Source: a virus
Taxonomy: Duplodnaviria; Heunggongvirae; Uroviricota; Caudoviricetes
Strand: one strand, 5' to 3'
IMG/VR virus record: IMGVR_UViG_2609459830_000021
Length of the DNA stretch: 37,447 nucleotides
Below are positions 10,448 through 19,355 of this stretch, piece after piece; position 1 is the stretch's first letter; each line of letters begins with the position of its first letter. The notes beneath the pieces were generated by a model that saw only the letters and a list, made by a program, of their open reading frames with translations, was not told where the DNA came from and did not search any database. Both the position numbers and the translations under genes were made by a program.

Positions 10448-10985
10448 GTCACCTTCTGACGTTCTCTGTTAAAAACTGATGCACAATGACTGCTGTAAAT
10501 TTTCAGATTTCACACAGCAGAGCCATGTCTGATTAATGTTTAACCTTATTTAGGTTATATCCGCTTCATTCCACTACAGCACCAGATAGGCTGCCTCGCG
10601 GATAAATGCCAAAGTCTCCTGATATAGAAACCCGTCGCCACATCGAGCGCTGATCAACATTTGTATATTCACTGCGACAGAAAGAATTTATTTTATTGAA
10701 TAGTTAGAAATACAGAATTGCATGCTTTATAAGCATTGACGCACACTTCATTTTTAGCAATATATTCTGTTCTCATAGACGATCAGCCCTGCATGCACTG
10801 CCGGACACCGTCGGCAATTTTACAGACCTAAGAGGCAATACCAAAAAGCTAACGCGCTTTATCAAGACTTGAGCAACCAACCAATAAAAAAAGCACCAGT
10901 ACCGCTACCAATGCCCATTTCGTCGTTGTTCACAGCATTCTGTGTACCCACTGTATTTCGCGTCATATCACCACGTCAGACAATC

Positions 10986-11002
10986 CTTAAGGATTACATA
11001 AG
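10986..11002 (+). promoter_or_regulatory. PmrA/BasR-box-like direct repeat CTTAAG-N5-CATAAG upstream of ais-like gene
   Basis: sequence cttaag gatta cataag at 10986-11002, followed by cataat (11010-11015) as -10 candidate and AAGGGA RBS before ATG 11050; resembles YTTAAK-N5-YTTAAK PmrA box (recalled consensus). Confidence 0.35.
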
Positions 11003-11049
11003 ATTTACGCATAATAATGCCCATTTTCAACACAGACAAGGGAATTTAT

Positions 11050-11631
11050 ATGTTAAATCAAACGCTAACAAAATCTCTTCTTATATTTTTACTTGTCATA
11101 ATCGTTTCTGTATCCATCATATACATTGTAAGAACTCCAGTCAGACTTGATGTGAACGATGTCACTGAGATTAACCAGAAACATCCCATTATTTTTCTCA
11201 TCCGGCATGGGGAAAGATGCGATCGCTCCCAAAGAATATGTCTTTCAGCACATGAGGGAATCACAGTAAACGGAGCTAACAAAGCTCAACAATATGGAGA
11301 TAAATTCAGAAGAATGTTTCCATACTACAGTCTCTATTCTACAGACACACTCCGAACAATGCAGACAGCCACTTTTTTTTCGGGAGGTAAGACAGCAACT
11401 ATTCCGGACATATCGACATGTGATGATAACGCAGTAAATAATATCCTTAAAATATCAAAATCAGATCATGTTACTGTGATTTTCACACATAATCACTGTC
11501 TGTCCAGAATTGCAAAAAAAATGAATGGATGGAGATTTAAACCTGATTATATGGGCACACTGGTTCTGCATCGGGAAAATCACAATCTGATTCTCGACGG
11601 ACATTTAAAACCAAACGAGCTTACCCAGTGA
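11050..11631 (+). CDS. Ais/PmrG-like histidine phosphatase (putative LPS core heptose(II)-phosphate phosphatase), signal-anchored; moron
   Basis: RHGERCDRS (RHG catalytic motif), GITVNG, YSLYSTDTLRTMQTATFFSGGK, VIFTHNHCL, FKPDY motifs line up with E. coli Ais as recalled; N-terminal hydrophobic segment; opposite strand to flanking late genes, AT-rich flank. ORF track start 11017 trimmed to ATG 11050 with RBS. Confidence 0.6.
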   Translation: MLNQTLTKSLLIFLLVIIVSVSIIYIVRTPVRLDVNDVTEINQKHPIIFLIRHGERCDRSQRICLSAHEGITVNGANKAQQYGDKFRRMFPYYSLYSTDTLRTMQTATFFSGGKTATIPDISTCDDNAVNNILKISKSDHVTVIFTHNHCLSRIAKKMNGWRFKPDYMGTLVLHRENHNLILDGHLKPNELTQ

Positions 11632-11687
11632 TCCATTTGTTGATAATGCACTGGCATTGATTCAGGTTATATCTCTCCTCATAAAAA

Positions 11688-11705
11688 AGGCCAGCGATTG
11701 AGCTG
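11688..11705. terminator. hairpin between ais-like gene and Rz (possibly bidirectional)
   Basis: gccagcgattgagctggc flanked by A-run upstream and tctgtt downstream. Confidence 0.35.
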
Positions 11706-11711
11706 GCTCTG

Positions 11712-12170
11712 TTAATCGAGGCATTGCATCCTGATGTACTCCTGCAGGTAGTTAACCTGCGCGGTTATCTTGTCGATTCCACTTCGGAGACGGTAATAAT
11801 TGAGTTCAGCATCTGCTGTAAGTCCTGAGCTTTCTCCATCGCCCATGCCGCTGGCTCCGGTCGTTGACTTTGCACAGGTGGCGGCGACTTGCAGGCGCTT
11901 ACGCCCAGCAGAAACATCAGCACGGAGACTTTCAATAGTCGCGTTAGCATCAGCAAGCTCCCTGGTGTATCTGGCATCGAGTGCAGCAACATCACGCTGG
12001 CGCTGCTGTATGTCAGCAATGGTGGCGTTCGCCTGGCTGAGTTTTGTCTTCGCATCATCTCGCTGCTCTTTGTAGGTGATGGCGTTATCACGGTAATGGT
12101 CTGTTGCCAGCCACAGCGATCCACAACCAAGCAGCAGGACAATAAGCACGCCATACAGCACACGATTCAT
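11712..12170 (-). CDS. Rz: i-spanin Rz (152 aa from ATG 12170)
   Basis: MNRVLYGVLIVLLLGCGSLWLATDHYRDNAITYKEQRD... closely parallels lambda Rz (…AVNHYRDNAITYKAQRD…, from memory); N-terminal extension MPFVLW... in ORF track rejected. Confidence 0.85.
   Translation of the reverse strand: MNRVLYGVLIVLLLGCGSLWLATDHYRDNAITYKEQRDDAKTKLSQANATIADIQQRQRDVAALDARYTRELADANATIESLRADVSAGRKRLQVAATCAKSTTGASGMGDGESSGLTADAELNYYRLRSGIDKITAQVNYLQEYIRMQCLD
11765..11950 (-). CDS. Rz1: o-spanin Rz1 (61 aa lipoprotein) embedded in +1 frame of Rz
   Basis: MLTRLLKVSVLMFLLGVSAC with lipobox LGVSAC, proline-rich mature part KSPPPVQSQRPEPAAW; AGGGAG RBS 8 nt upstream of ATG 11950. Confidence 0.75.
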   Translation of the reverse strand: MLTRLLKVSVLMFLLGVSACKSPPPVQSQRPEPAAWAMEKAQDLQQMLNSIITVSEVESTR

Positions 12171-12171
12171 A

Positions 12172-12285
12172 TCACCACCAACGGATTGCCCAGACCAGAA
12201 CAGCAATTGCCACAATACGAATGGCAAAAGCTGCCGCTCTTGTTAAATCCAGACTTGCTGGCGTCTCCACCTCAATGCCTTTCAT
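12172..12285 (-). CDS. small hypothetical membrane peptide (37 aa) between endolysin and Rz
   Basis: hand translation MKGIEVETPASLDLTRAAAFAIRIVAIAVLVWAIRWW; GAGG 9 nt upstream; stop 1 nt before Rz ATG; not in ORF track (below 60 aa). Confidence 0.3.
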   Translation of the reverse strand: MKGIEVETPASLDLTRAAAFAIRIVAIAVLVWAIRWW

Positions 12286-12383
12286 AATGGACAACCTCAG
12301 AAAGAATCTTTTATACTTCCTCACAGGGAAAGAACCTCCCTACCCATAATTTCTCCCTTGCCTTATTCAAGGTCAGAAACACA

Positions 12384-12413
12384 AAACCCCGCTTGCTGCC
12401 AACAAACGGGGTT
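12384..12413. terminator. bidirectional-looking intrinsic terminator between endolysin and Rz
   Basis: aaccccgcttgctgccaacaaacggggtt with T-runs on both sides. Confidence 0.45.
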
Positions 12414-12505
12414 TTTACTTTTACTCACTTAAATTTTGCCAGTTCGCAGGATTTCGTGTTATCCGTTCGCGTTGGTCAACGGCATTTTTCAGCAGAATAT
12501 TCTGC

Positions 12506-13039
12506 TTATCTGTCGATACTCCAGCACGCCAGCGCGCTCTCCTGGTCACGCCGCGATACCTGCCCGTAACAGTTATTTGAGCGGTTCCGACAGTCCCTGC
12601 CGCCGTCATATATCCATCGGCGGATTTCAGCACATGCACCTTTCCGGTCTCCTGCGTTCAGTTTCCGGTAAAACGTTGAGGTGAAGCATTTCGAAGGCCC
12701 GATGTTGTACGGACAGAATGACGCGATGCCCGCTTTCTGCGGTTCGGTCAGTGGCACTCTGATGTTTTTCTCCACCCATGCCAGCGCCTTATCACGCTCA
12801 ATGGCGTTAACCCGGTCGCATTTTTCCTTCGACAACTTCATGCCCGGAACGACAGGTTTGCCATCCACCAGGATGGCACCGCGGCAGATAGTCCAGATAC
12901 CCGCACCATCACGGTATGCCGTGGTGTGGTTACCTTCTTTTTCGTCAAGAAACTGGTCGAGGATTTCAGGCGCAGAAGCGCCCGCAGCAATCAGCGCCAG
13001 AACGACCGCTGATAAACCATAGCGGAATTTCCTGCTCAT
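12506..13039 (-). CDS. R: SAR endolysin (phage lysozyme, glycoside hydrolase family 24-like)
   Basis: N-terminal weakly hydrophobic Gly/Ala-rich segment MSRKFRYGLSAVVLALIAAGASAPEIL (signal-arrest-release type) followed by T4-lysozyme-like core (…EGNHTTAYRDGAGIWTICRG…); paired with pinholin. Confidence 0.8.
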   Translation of the reverse strand: MSRKFRYGLSAVVLALIAAGASAPEILDQFLDEKEGNHTTAYRDGAGIWTICRGAILVDGKPVVPGMKLSKEKCDRVNAIERDKALAWVEKNIRVPLTEPQKAGIASFCPYNIGPSKCFTSTFYRKLNAGDRKGACAEIRRWIYDGGRDCRNRSNNCYGQVSRRDQESALACWSIDR

Positions 13040-13043
13040 CAGC

Positions 13044-13259
13044 TTACTCTCCCCGCGCCGCCTTACGCCGGTCCTCTTTGATTTTGAAATACAGGTTAGT
13101 CAGGTACGTCAGCAGCCCAAACAGCAGACTCCCCAGCACGCCTATTGCCGCCCACTGAGACGGGGAAACCCTGTCCAGCAACTGCAGGAACCAGTAGCCC
13201 GTTCCCACCGCTGACGTGGTGTATGACACACCTGTTGTGATTTTTTCCATCTGGTACAT
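13044..13259 (-). CDS. S: pinholin, phage 21 S-type (71 aa, dual start MYQM)
   Basis: …[65 protein letters not shown] nearly colinear with S21 as recalled; dual-start Met codons at 13259 and 13250; ORF track 5' extension rejected. Confidence 0.85.
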   Translation of the reverse strand: MYQMEKITTGVSYTTSAVGTGYWFLQLLDRVSPSQWAAIGVLGSLLFGLLTYLTNLYFKIKEDRRKAARGE

Positions 13260-13335
13260 ACCCCGTCTCCCGCAATCCGGAAGCTCACAACAATATAAAG
13301 ACCACCGGCACACACCGATGGTCCCTTGCGCATGC

Positions 13336-13581
13336 TTACATCATCATGTCGCTGTCAGGTGTAGGTTCACCGCCATCTGAAGCACTCCCGTCACCCGCGA
13401 TACCTTCCGGCTCAGGAACCGCTGCTACGCCCAGCAGCTCATCCAGAATGGCATCCACTTCTGCATCAAGACGCGACTCAAGATTCTGGCGAAGTTTCTG
13501 TTTCAGTGCGCTCCGGACTTCTTCAGAGCGCAGGACTTCCTTCACTGCCTCTGCAGTGACCAGGGATGTGATTTCTGACAT
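13336..13581 (-). CDS. hypothetical acidic protein (81 aa from ATG 13581)
   Basis: ORF 13336..13743 trimmed to internal ATG ([16 protein letters not shown]...) because upstream part overlaps the next gene; no family recognised. Confidence 0.4.
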   Translation of the reverse strand: MSEITSLVTAEAVKEVLRSEEVRSALKQKLRQNLESRLDAEVDAILDELLGVAAVPEPEGIAGDGSASDGGEPTPDSDMMM

Positions 13582-13606
13582 GGGATTTTCTCGCTGAAAG
13601 GGGTTG

Positions 13607-13789
13607 TTAAGGAGTAACGGGTTCTTCGGGTTTGCTTCCGGCTGACTGACTGGCGCTGATTTTCTCAGCGGCCCTTTTATCAATCTGCCTGCACCAGAAA
13701 TCGCGCACAGCCCTGTACCCACCCGAAAGAAGATACAGCACACAGACCGCCGTACAGAAGTACAGCATCACCTGATGAATAAATGTCAT
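13607..13789 (-). CDS. hypothetical small membrane protein (60 aa)
   Basis: one predicted TM helix (YFCTAVCVLYLLSGG); ATG start. Confidence 0.35.
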   Translation of the reverse strand: MTFIHQVMLYFCTAVCVLYLLSGGYRAVRDFWCRQIDKRAAEKISASQSAGSKPEEPVTP

Positions 13790-13928
13790 AATTTCTTACC
13801 GTTATGGTTGACAATGAGAATTGTTTTCATTTAAAAAACCAATGTACGAAAGCATCTTTTCTTTACATTCTCCATTGGGATTACCTCCGCCAGCTTCCAT
13901 TCCTGCCGCTGGCGGCTTTTTTTAGCAA

Positions 13929-15839
13929 TTATGCGGCTGCTCCAGCTTTGTTTGCTTTAACTTCCACCGTATCAATAAGTACAGGGTAGGTTTCTGCACT
14001 ACCTGTAATATCCGTAATGACAAACCTGTTGAGTCCATTAGCAGTATTGGCCCATTTCACCAGGTCAAACGCCTGTCCATCCACACCATCAAGCACCGGA
14101 GTAACATTAATGCTGTTACTGCCCTTAAATTTAAATGCAAGCGTATGCCAGTCATGGTCGAATGCGCCAAACGTGCCAAGTTCTTTTTGTTGATTAACTG
14201 TATGATGGTATGCAACATTAATACTGGCTTTATCTGTCTGGACAAAGAAAGAACTCAGATGGCCTTCACCACCCTCACCCGGCCATTCCGCTATTCGCCA
14301 GTACAAACCAAAGGCATACTTGTTTCTGGTTGTCTCAAGATTGACGTTTTCGGGGATTTTAAACCGGACAGCAATTTCCCCGCCTTTTTCCAGTAAAAGT
14401 TTTGCCTTGTCTGCAGCAATATCACAGTACATTGACCAGGATTTCGCGCTGTTATTTTTCTCAATTCGCAGAGCTTTATTGCCGCTGTCATCAACCAGTG
14501 TGCGCCTGCCATACACACCGTCCCAGCCATAGGGTTTCAGCTGATTGTCTGTAGCTTTTTTGGCATCGTAAAAAATTACAGACTCTGAGGTGGTAACCGG
14601 TCTGTCTGGAACAACCACCCCGGCAGTACCATTAACAAACGCAGAAGACTTACCCGCGCAGCTCAGAATCGCCGTTGCCAGACGGTCGGAAATAATCCCA
14701 CGGCGAGCCCATGAACTGAAATGGCTCGCCCTGTCCTGTGACGTCCAGGTGGCTGAGCTGTCACGCCATTTCGAACCGTAATAACCGATACCCGGAATGT
14801 CCGGGTCTTCTTCCGGTTTGTTCGTCGGCACATTCACCCCGTTCTCATCGGTCATGAACGGTACGAAATGGATATTCTTTTCCGTTTTATTTTTATAGCT
14901 GCCGTACACCGTCTGGTACGTGGATTCGTTCTTCTGCTTCCAGAAATACGTCGTGTCCCCGCATATCCAGGGAACACCGCCAGCAGAGCCACCGACGCAC
15001 TGGCCTGCCATATCCGCCAGGTCTGCACGGAATTTATCAACCAGCGCACCAAACTGTGCGGCATGATTTGCCGGCGTACCGCCAAAATCAAATTCCCCCT
15101 GCATCCACACCACGGCAAACAGCACATTTTTCGGGTTCTTCTCCAGTGCCGCTTTTGTTCGACCGATAAGGTCCTTATACAGCGGCTTGTCCACACCCCA
15201 GCGGGGTGAATTCTCCGAGGCGCCACTCGCGTCACTGTATGTGCCATCAGCTCCGGTGGTGAACGCTGAACCACCACGACAGCACGGAACCAGCAGAATG
15301 CCCGCATTCGCCGGTATAAACGGCAGCAGTTTTTTGGCGATATGCAGCCCCTGCCCCACGGTTCCGTACTGCCCCTTTGACAGGTCCGCTTTCGGATGGT
15401 TAAGACGGCTCATGTCCTGCACATCATGCAGACAATGGTCCGCCGGAATGATGTCGTTATATTTGCATGCTGCACCGCCCGGTGTCACCGTACTGCGACG
15501 CGCTAACTGTTTAATACGTGGATCAGGGCTGTCGAATGTATCCGGTAATGGCAGTCCCTCACCGTATGACATACCATTGGACTGACCAGCAAGCGCGATC
15601 ACATAGTAATATTCTGGCGCAACAGAAGGCGCTGAGGTCGTCGGACGGTTGCCTGGCTCCTCTGGTGATGAGATGCTCCCCTCACTCACAACTGGCTGGA
15701 TGAACTCCGCACCATAACCAGCTGTCGAAATCAGCGCACTACCATAAGGCTGCCACCCTTCCTTCAGTTTTTGAGTTATTCGTTTCGCAAGGTCTGACGG
15801 CGACGCCGCCCTGACAACATCATAGTGTTTAAATGCCAT
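13929..15839 (-). CDS. nanS-p: prophage 9-O-acetyl sialate esterase NanS-p (N-terminal DUF1737-like domain, SASA-type esterase domain, C-terminal lectin-like domain)
   Basis: 636-aa protein in the position downstream of Q that in Stx2 phages follows stxAB; MAFKHYDVVRAASPSDLAKRITQKLKEGWQPYG N-terminus and central GQSN esterase-type motif recalled from 933W L0105-type proteins. Confidence 0.7.
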   Translation of the reverse strand: MAFKHYDVVRAASPSDLAKRITQKLKEGWQPYGSALISTAGYGAEFIQPVVSEGSISSPEEPGNRPTTSAPSVAPEYYYVIALAGQSNGMSYGEGLPLPDTFDSPDPRIKQLARRSTVTPGGAACKYNDIIPADHCLHDVQDMSRLNHPKADLSKGQYGTVGQGLHIAKKLLPFIPANAGILLVPCCRGGSAFTTGADGTYSDASGASENSPRWGVDKPLYKDLIGRTKAALEKNPKNVLFAVVWMQGEFDFGGTPANHAAQFGALVDKFRADLADMAGQCVGGSAGGVPWICGDTTYFWKQKNESTYQTVYGSYKNKTEKNIHFVPFMTDENGVNVPTNKPEEDPDIPGIGYYGSKWRDSSATWTSQDRASHFSSWARRGIISDRLATAILSCAGKSSAFVNGTAGVVVPDRPVTTSESVIFYDAKKATDNQLKPYGWDGVYGRRTLVDDSGNKALRIEKNNSAKSWSMYCDIAADKAKLLLEKGGEIAVRFKIPENVNLETTRNKYAFGLYWRIAEWPGEGGEGHLSSFFVQTDKASINVAYHHTVNQQKELGTFGAFDHDWHTLAFKFKGSNSINVTPVLDGVDGQAFDLVKWANTANGLNRFVITDITGSAETYPVLIDTVEVKANKAGAAA

Positions 15840-15993
15840 GAATCCTCCCGGCCGGGATAATATTGTGAGTAAAATAAGGAGCGGGCTGAAGTCCGGAAGT
15901 TACAGGACAATGGCAGAAGGGAGACTACAGCCCGCAATTCGAAAAAGGTCGCGCAGTTGCGCAGAGTGATTACTATGGGGTATTATTCGCCAG

Positions 15994-16060
15994 CTGAAAT
16001 ATTACTTCACGTTTCATTGTTCATTCCTTGCCGCCCGCGTCTCCCAGCGCGGGCTTTTTT
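15994..16060 (+). ncRNA. candidate small RNA (promoter-to-terminator unit) antisense-oriented to the late operon
   Basis: TTGCGC (15957-15962), 18-nt spacer, TATTAT (15981-15986), then AU-rich stretch and intrinsic terminator gcccgcg-tctccca-cgcgggc + TTTTTT (16033-16060). Confidence 0.3.
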
Positions 16061-16324
16061 GTCCATAAGAAAGCCCCTCCGGAGAGGGGCTGGAGAGTGG
16101 CGCTATGTGCCATTGCATGGTGCCGGGTGCCTCCCGGTGAGTTCAGCCCGGTGCCACTAAACCCGCGTCATTCTCGTTTTGATAATCAGAGATTATACCG
16201 TCACCAGTCGCCCCTCCGCTCAGGGGGATTCACCATGCAGTTTTTTCTAACAAATTCTCATCCGGGCAGACAACATTCAACTGACTTAATTGTGAGGTAT
16301 GTAACATTCCCGTTGAACGGATAC

Positions 16325-16354
16325 AAAAAAAGCCAGCCACCAGGGGAGGCTGGC
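16325..16354 (-). terminator. Rho-independent terminator in Q-nanS-p intergenic region
   Basis: minus-strand gccagcctcccctggtggctggc followed by ttttttt. Confidence 0.6.
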
Positions 16355-16534
16355 AAACTCGTAGAGCAAAATGCTGTTACGCAAACTTCGTTACAGGGTT
16401 ATCCTGCAATACTTAAAATATACAATATTTAGAAAACTAATAGTGCCATATGAGATTTTTAAGATTTTGTTATTAATTGCGGTCGTACCTTCCTTTCTGT
16501 GTACTTTCCGTATAGCTCACAGGATTCTGGGTAC

Positions 16535-16557
16535 AAAAAAACCCGCGCATCGGCGGG
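16535..16557 (-). terminator. Rho-independent terminator just downstream of Q (tR'-like candidate)
   Basis: minus-strand cccgccgatgcgcggg followed by ttttttt. Confidence 0.55.
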
Positions 16558-16604
16558 TTCGGCTGCGTGGCAATGTAACCACTCTTATCATGATATGCAG
16601 ATTT

Positions 16605-17039
16605 TTACGATCGTAAACTATTTTTTCGCTGATAAAATACAGAGCTTCTCCCTCCCGGCAATTCACGCTCAACATACCGATCCATCTCAAGCCTCACTCC
16701 CAGCATCATCAGCATGCCTTCAACAATCCCCTCCGCTTTGTGAAGGCGTTTACCTATACAGGTGTCAGAGCACCCATGTTTCCGTGCCAGCGCCATGAAC
16801 GTCTCCCCCAACACGTAGTAATCAACCAGCAAGTCATGCAGATCGCGATTGTTCCGGTAAAGGCGGGCTATGCACCCGCATATCACCATCGCATCATCGT
16901 CACAGCACTGTGGACGTGATTTTACTTTTTCGGGGATCAGTCCCTTAAATCCGGCAGCAATGGGCGACCATGTAACATCCTCATAGTTATTTACCGCCCA
17001 TGCCCCCCAGCGCTCAAGAACCTGCCGGATATCACGCAT
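16605..17039 (-). CDS. Q: late antiterminator Q (144 aa from ATG 17039)
   Basis: [36 protein letters not shown]…[16 protein letters not shown]…[23 protein letters not shown] matches the 21/82/933W-type Q family as recalled; start chosen at ATG overlapping ninH stop, alternative starts 17081 or 17138 possible. Confidence 0.7.
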   Translation of the reverse strand: MRDIRQVLERWGAWAVNNYEDVTWSPIAAGFKGLIPEKVKSRPQCCDDDAMVICGCIARLYRNNRDLHDLLVDYYVLGETFMALARKHGCSDTCIGKRLHKAEGIVEGMLMMLGVRLEMDRYVERELPGGRSSVFYQRKNSLRS

Positions 17040-17226
17040 CAGTATCTTTACCCCATCCGCGATGAACCATAAGGACGCCATTGACGACGGCGTGCTTTTT
17101 CGCATCTTTATCATCAATGTATTTTCTGACTGTAGCACGATTGCAGTTCAGTATTCTGGCGACTTCTGTCTGATTTCCCCTGGTGCAGATCAGTAATTCA
17201 GGTATCGTTTGAATTTTAGCATTCAT
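17032..17226 (-). CDS. ninH: NinH-like DNA-binding protein
   Basis: [55 protein letters not shown] parallels lambda NinH (…[42 protein letters not shown], from memory); ORF track start 17229 is TTG, ATG at 17226 used. Confidence 0.8.
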   Translation of the reverse strand: MNAKIQTIPELLICTRGNQTEVARILNCNRATVRKYIDDKDAKKHAVVNGVLMVHRGWGKDTDA

Positions 17227-17588
17227 CAAATGTTCTCCAGTTCGGTGATTTTTATCCCCACTCTACCGCCAGGCACTTTCACGCCGCGAATTACGCGAAT
17301 GTCATCGAATTGCTCGTCGTCTTCCGCAAATCCGGCGTGGATAAGAGAGTCGAGTAAACCTTTCAGGATGTTATCGAGGTCGCGACGGCGGGAATCTGGT
17401 GGTTCAGCAATAATTGTGATGCGAAGTCGTGATTTAGTGAAAATGTCTAATCTGAGTTGCCGGATGATTTGCTGTACGTCTTTTCGGTATTTCTGGCCTT
17501 TATCGCTGATGTAGTACTGGCTTCCCCGTCTTCGCCAGTAGGTATTCACCGTCGGCGGCCAGGGAAGCACAAACTCATATTCATTCAT
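17226..17588 (-). CDS. rusA: RusA-type Holliday junction resolvase (120 aa)
   Basis: size and motifs (…VNTYWRRRG…DLDNILKGLLDSL…) typical of RusA; ATGA overlaps with neighbours. Confidence 0.75.
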   Translation of the reverse strand: MNEYEFVLPWPPTVNTYWRRRGSQYYISDKGQKYRKDVQQIIRQLRLDIFTKSRLRITIIAEPPDSRRRDLDNILKGLLDSLIHAGFAEDDEQFDDIRVIRGVKVPGGRVGIKITELENI

Positions 17589-17875
17589 GACTTAATCTTC
17601 CCCTCCTTCAGCAATATCGCCTGCGTCCTGATCACGCCTTCCAGGTGGTAAAGTCTGGCGTCGTTGTTGTCGAGAATTCGGGTGCGTCGGTCGATCTCCG
17701 CGTGGCAGTCACTACAAGCCCATGCACCGATCAGGTCGTCAGGCTTCATTCCCGTTCCGCAAATTCCAGCCATCCGGTAATGTGCCAGAACTGTCGTTTC
17801 AGGATTGCCATTGCATACGCCGTAAATCCGTACCTGGCATTCTCTGCCGCGCGCTTCTTTGCGTAGGTTAGCCAT
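17585..17875 (-). CDS. YbcO-like DUF1364 protein (putative zinc-binding nuclease, 96 aa)
   Basis: MANLRKEARGRECQVRIYGVCNGNPETTVLAHYRM…CSDCHAEIDRR resembles DLP12 YbcO as recalled. Confidence 0.65.
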   Translation of the reverse strand: MANLRKEARGRECQVRIYGVCNGNPETTVLAHYRMAGICGTGMKPDDLIGAWACSDCHAEIDRRTRILDNNDARLYHLEGVIRTQAILLKEGKIKS

Positions 17876-18603
17876 TAAGCAGCCTCCCCTGTTACTTTCA
17901 GCATTCCGTTATCGAGCGGCTTTCTGGTCAGCCACTGTTGACCACGCCCGGTGATTTTTGTGGTGAACGAGATCTGTATTCCGTGATTTGTATTGACCGC
18001 TGTTTCTTTCACTGTGAAATAGCCGCGATCCATATATTCCTGCATTGGCACATTGCGCCGGGAACCTGAAGCAATAAGGATTTTGTGATCGCGCATCCAC
18101 GCAAACAGTTTGTTTGGACCAATACCAACAACCTTTGCAAAGTTTCCAATCAAAATTCCGCTGGCCTCGCCAACTCGATCGGCAAACTCAACTTTAGGTG
18201 CTGCGAGAGCAAGCTGTTTCTCCAGTTCAGCCTTCTGGTCTTCAAGGTCGGCCGCAAGGCGCAATGCCTCAGAAAAGGTTTGTGGTATTTTCGCGGTTGC
18301 CCCTTCAAGCTCTCGCCAACGGTCAACAAGACGAGCGGTGAATTCCGGCGACAATTGGGCGACGACAATAATGCTGTCTCGCTTACCTTGTTCGCCTTCG
18401 AAGACGTAAGCCTCGACACTACGGCGCAGTCCTAAGTTATTGATTTTTTCGAAAACCTGCAATGCAGGAAGTTGAATAACTCCAGATTCAGCCAGGCGCT
18501 CTATTGATATTTTTACGTTATCTGGACGACTCCCCACCAACTCAGCGATTTCAATGCTGGTCATTTTGATGATGCTGCTATTTATCAGCTCATTCATTGT
18601 CAT
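17875..18603 (-). CDS. Rha-family regulatory protein with C-terminal antirepressor (ANT/KilAC-like) domain
   Basis: N-terminal …TSIEIAELVGSRPDNVK… Rha-like motif and C-terminal …QEYMDRGYFTVKE… KilAC-like motif (recalled families). Confidence 0.55.
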   Translation of the reverse strand: MTMNELINSSIIKMTSIEIAELVGSRPDNVKISIERLAESGVIQLPALQVFEKINNLGLRRSVEAYVFEGEQGKRDSIIVVAQLSPEFTARLVDRWRELEGATAKIPQTFSEALRLAADLEDQKAELEKQLALAAPKVEFADRVGEASGILIGNFAKVVGIGPNKLFAWMRDHKILIASGSRRNVPMQEYMDRGYFTVKETAVNTNHGIQISFTTKITGRGQQWLTRKPLDNGMLKVTGEAA

Positions 18604-18629
18604 GTCCTCTCATATTGAAAATTCAGCAA

Positions 18630-18656
18630 TAAAAAACCCAGCCGAAGCTGGGTTTG
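18630..18656 (-). terminator. Rho-independent terminator after ORF6N gene A
   Basis: minus-strand aacccagcttcggctgggtt followed by ttttattg. Confidence 0.6.
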
Positions 18657-18671
18657 TTAAGTTGTCAATTG

Positions 18672-19355
18672 TCAGTAGCGATGCAGTGAAGGCGGCAACT
18701 CTTTGTTCTTAAGCCTTTCCCATGCCAGAAGGTTCGTCGGCCCGTCAGGCTCATAAATATCTATATCCCGCGTGTGATTAATTAAAACGCCCCTCGCCCT
18801 CCCGATGATATACGAGAACTCATAGCCGTAGTCGTGGCATATGCCGGAATAGCCAGACTGAATCAGTTTTAATGCGGGATACAACTCACGGAACAATGCC
18901 TGTGAGCGGTTGGCATAATCCCACAGCCATACAAGGCTGTCTGTTTCTTTTGCGGAAAGCCCGTTGGGCTTCTTCTCTTGTTTGCCAGTATTTTTCTCGC
19001 ACTGGCTGAAATAGCAGTCTTCCAGTTTTTCGAACACATCCCACGCCTGATCGGTTTCTAGCATTTTGGCGTGACGGGCTGCGCCTCGTTCTGTCCAGAG
19101 GATGAGGGAGCGAACGTTACGGGCAATTTTCACAGAGTAGTTAAAAGCTACTCTGTGCTTGAACTCACGTAAAGTTTCACCTTCAAGTTTGAAGAAGTGT
19201 TTTTCCTCAATGAAACGACCTTTGTTTTCGTGGTGATTCTGGCGAATACGAATAGCTTCTGTGCCGTAAAGGTGCGCCAAAAGTTCGGTAGTGATAACGG
19301 GGATCTGCTTGTAAGTAATCGTGGAGAGTGTTTCAACAGAGATTTGAGTTGTCAT
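18672..19355 (-). CDS. ORF6N/KilA-N-type domain protein, paralogue A (putative antirepressor, 227 aa)
   Basis: shares [16 protein letters not shown] and [39 protein letters not shown] blocks with paralogue B (20274..20939); C-terminal halves unrelated. Confidence 0.6.
   Translation of the reverse strand: MTTQISVETLSTITYKQIPVITTELLAHLYGTEAIRIRQNHHENKGRFIEEKHFFKLEGETLREFKHRVAFNYSVKIARNVRSLILWTERGAARHAKMLETDQAWDVFEKLEDCYFSQCEKNTGKQEKKPNGLSAKETDSLVWLWDYANRSQALFRELYPALKLIQSGYSGICHDYGYEFSYIIGRARGVLINHTRDIDIYEPDGPTNLLAWERLKNKELPPSLHRY

Noticed and set aside
11712-12227. 171-aa version of Rz starting MPFVLWQLLFW…
   Set aside because: Homology to Rz begins at the internal Met (MNRVLYG…, ATG 12170); the upstream extension overlaps the separate small ORF and terminator region
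13044-13313. 89-aa version of the holin starting [12 protein letters not shown]…
   Set aside because: S21-type pinholin homology and the characteristic dual-start motif begin at Met 19/22 (13259/13250)
15840-16604. Shiga toxin genes (stxA/stxB) or tRNA genes expected between Q and nanS-p
   Set aside because: No ORF of appropriate size or signal-peptide character on the minus strand, and no tRNA-like T-arm motif seen by eye; the only ORFs (15957..16160, 16028..16432, plus strand) overlap hairpin/terminator sequence and look spurious
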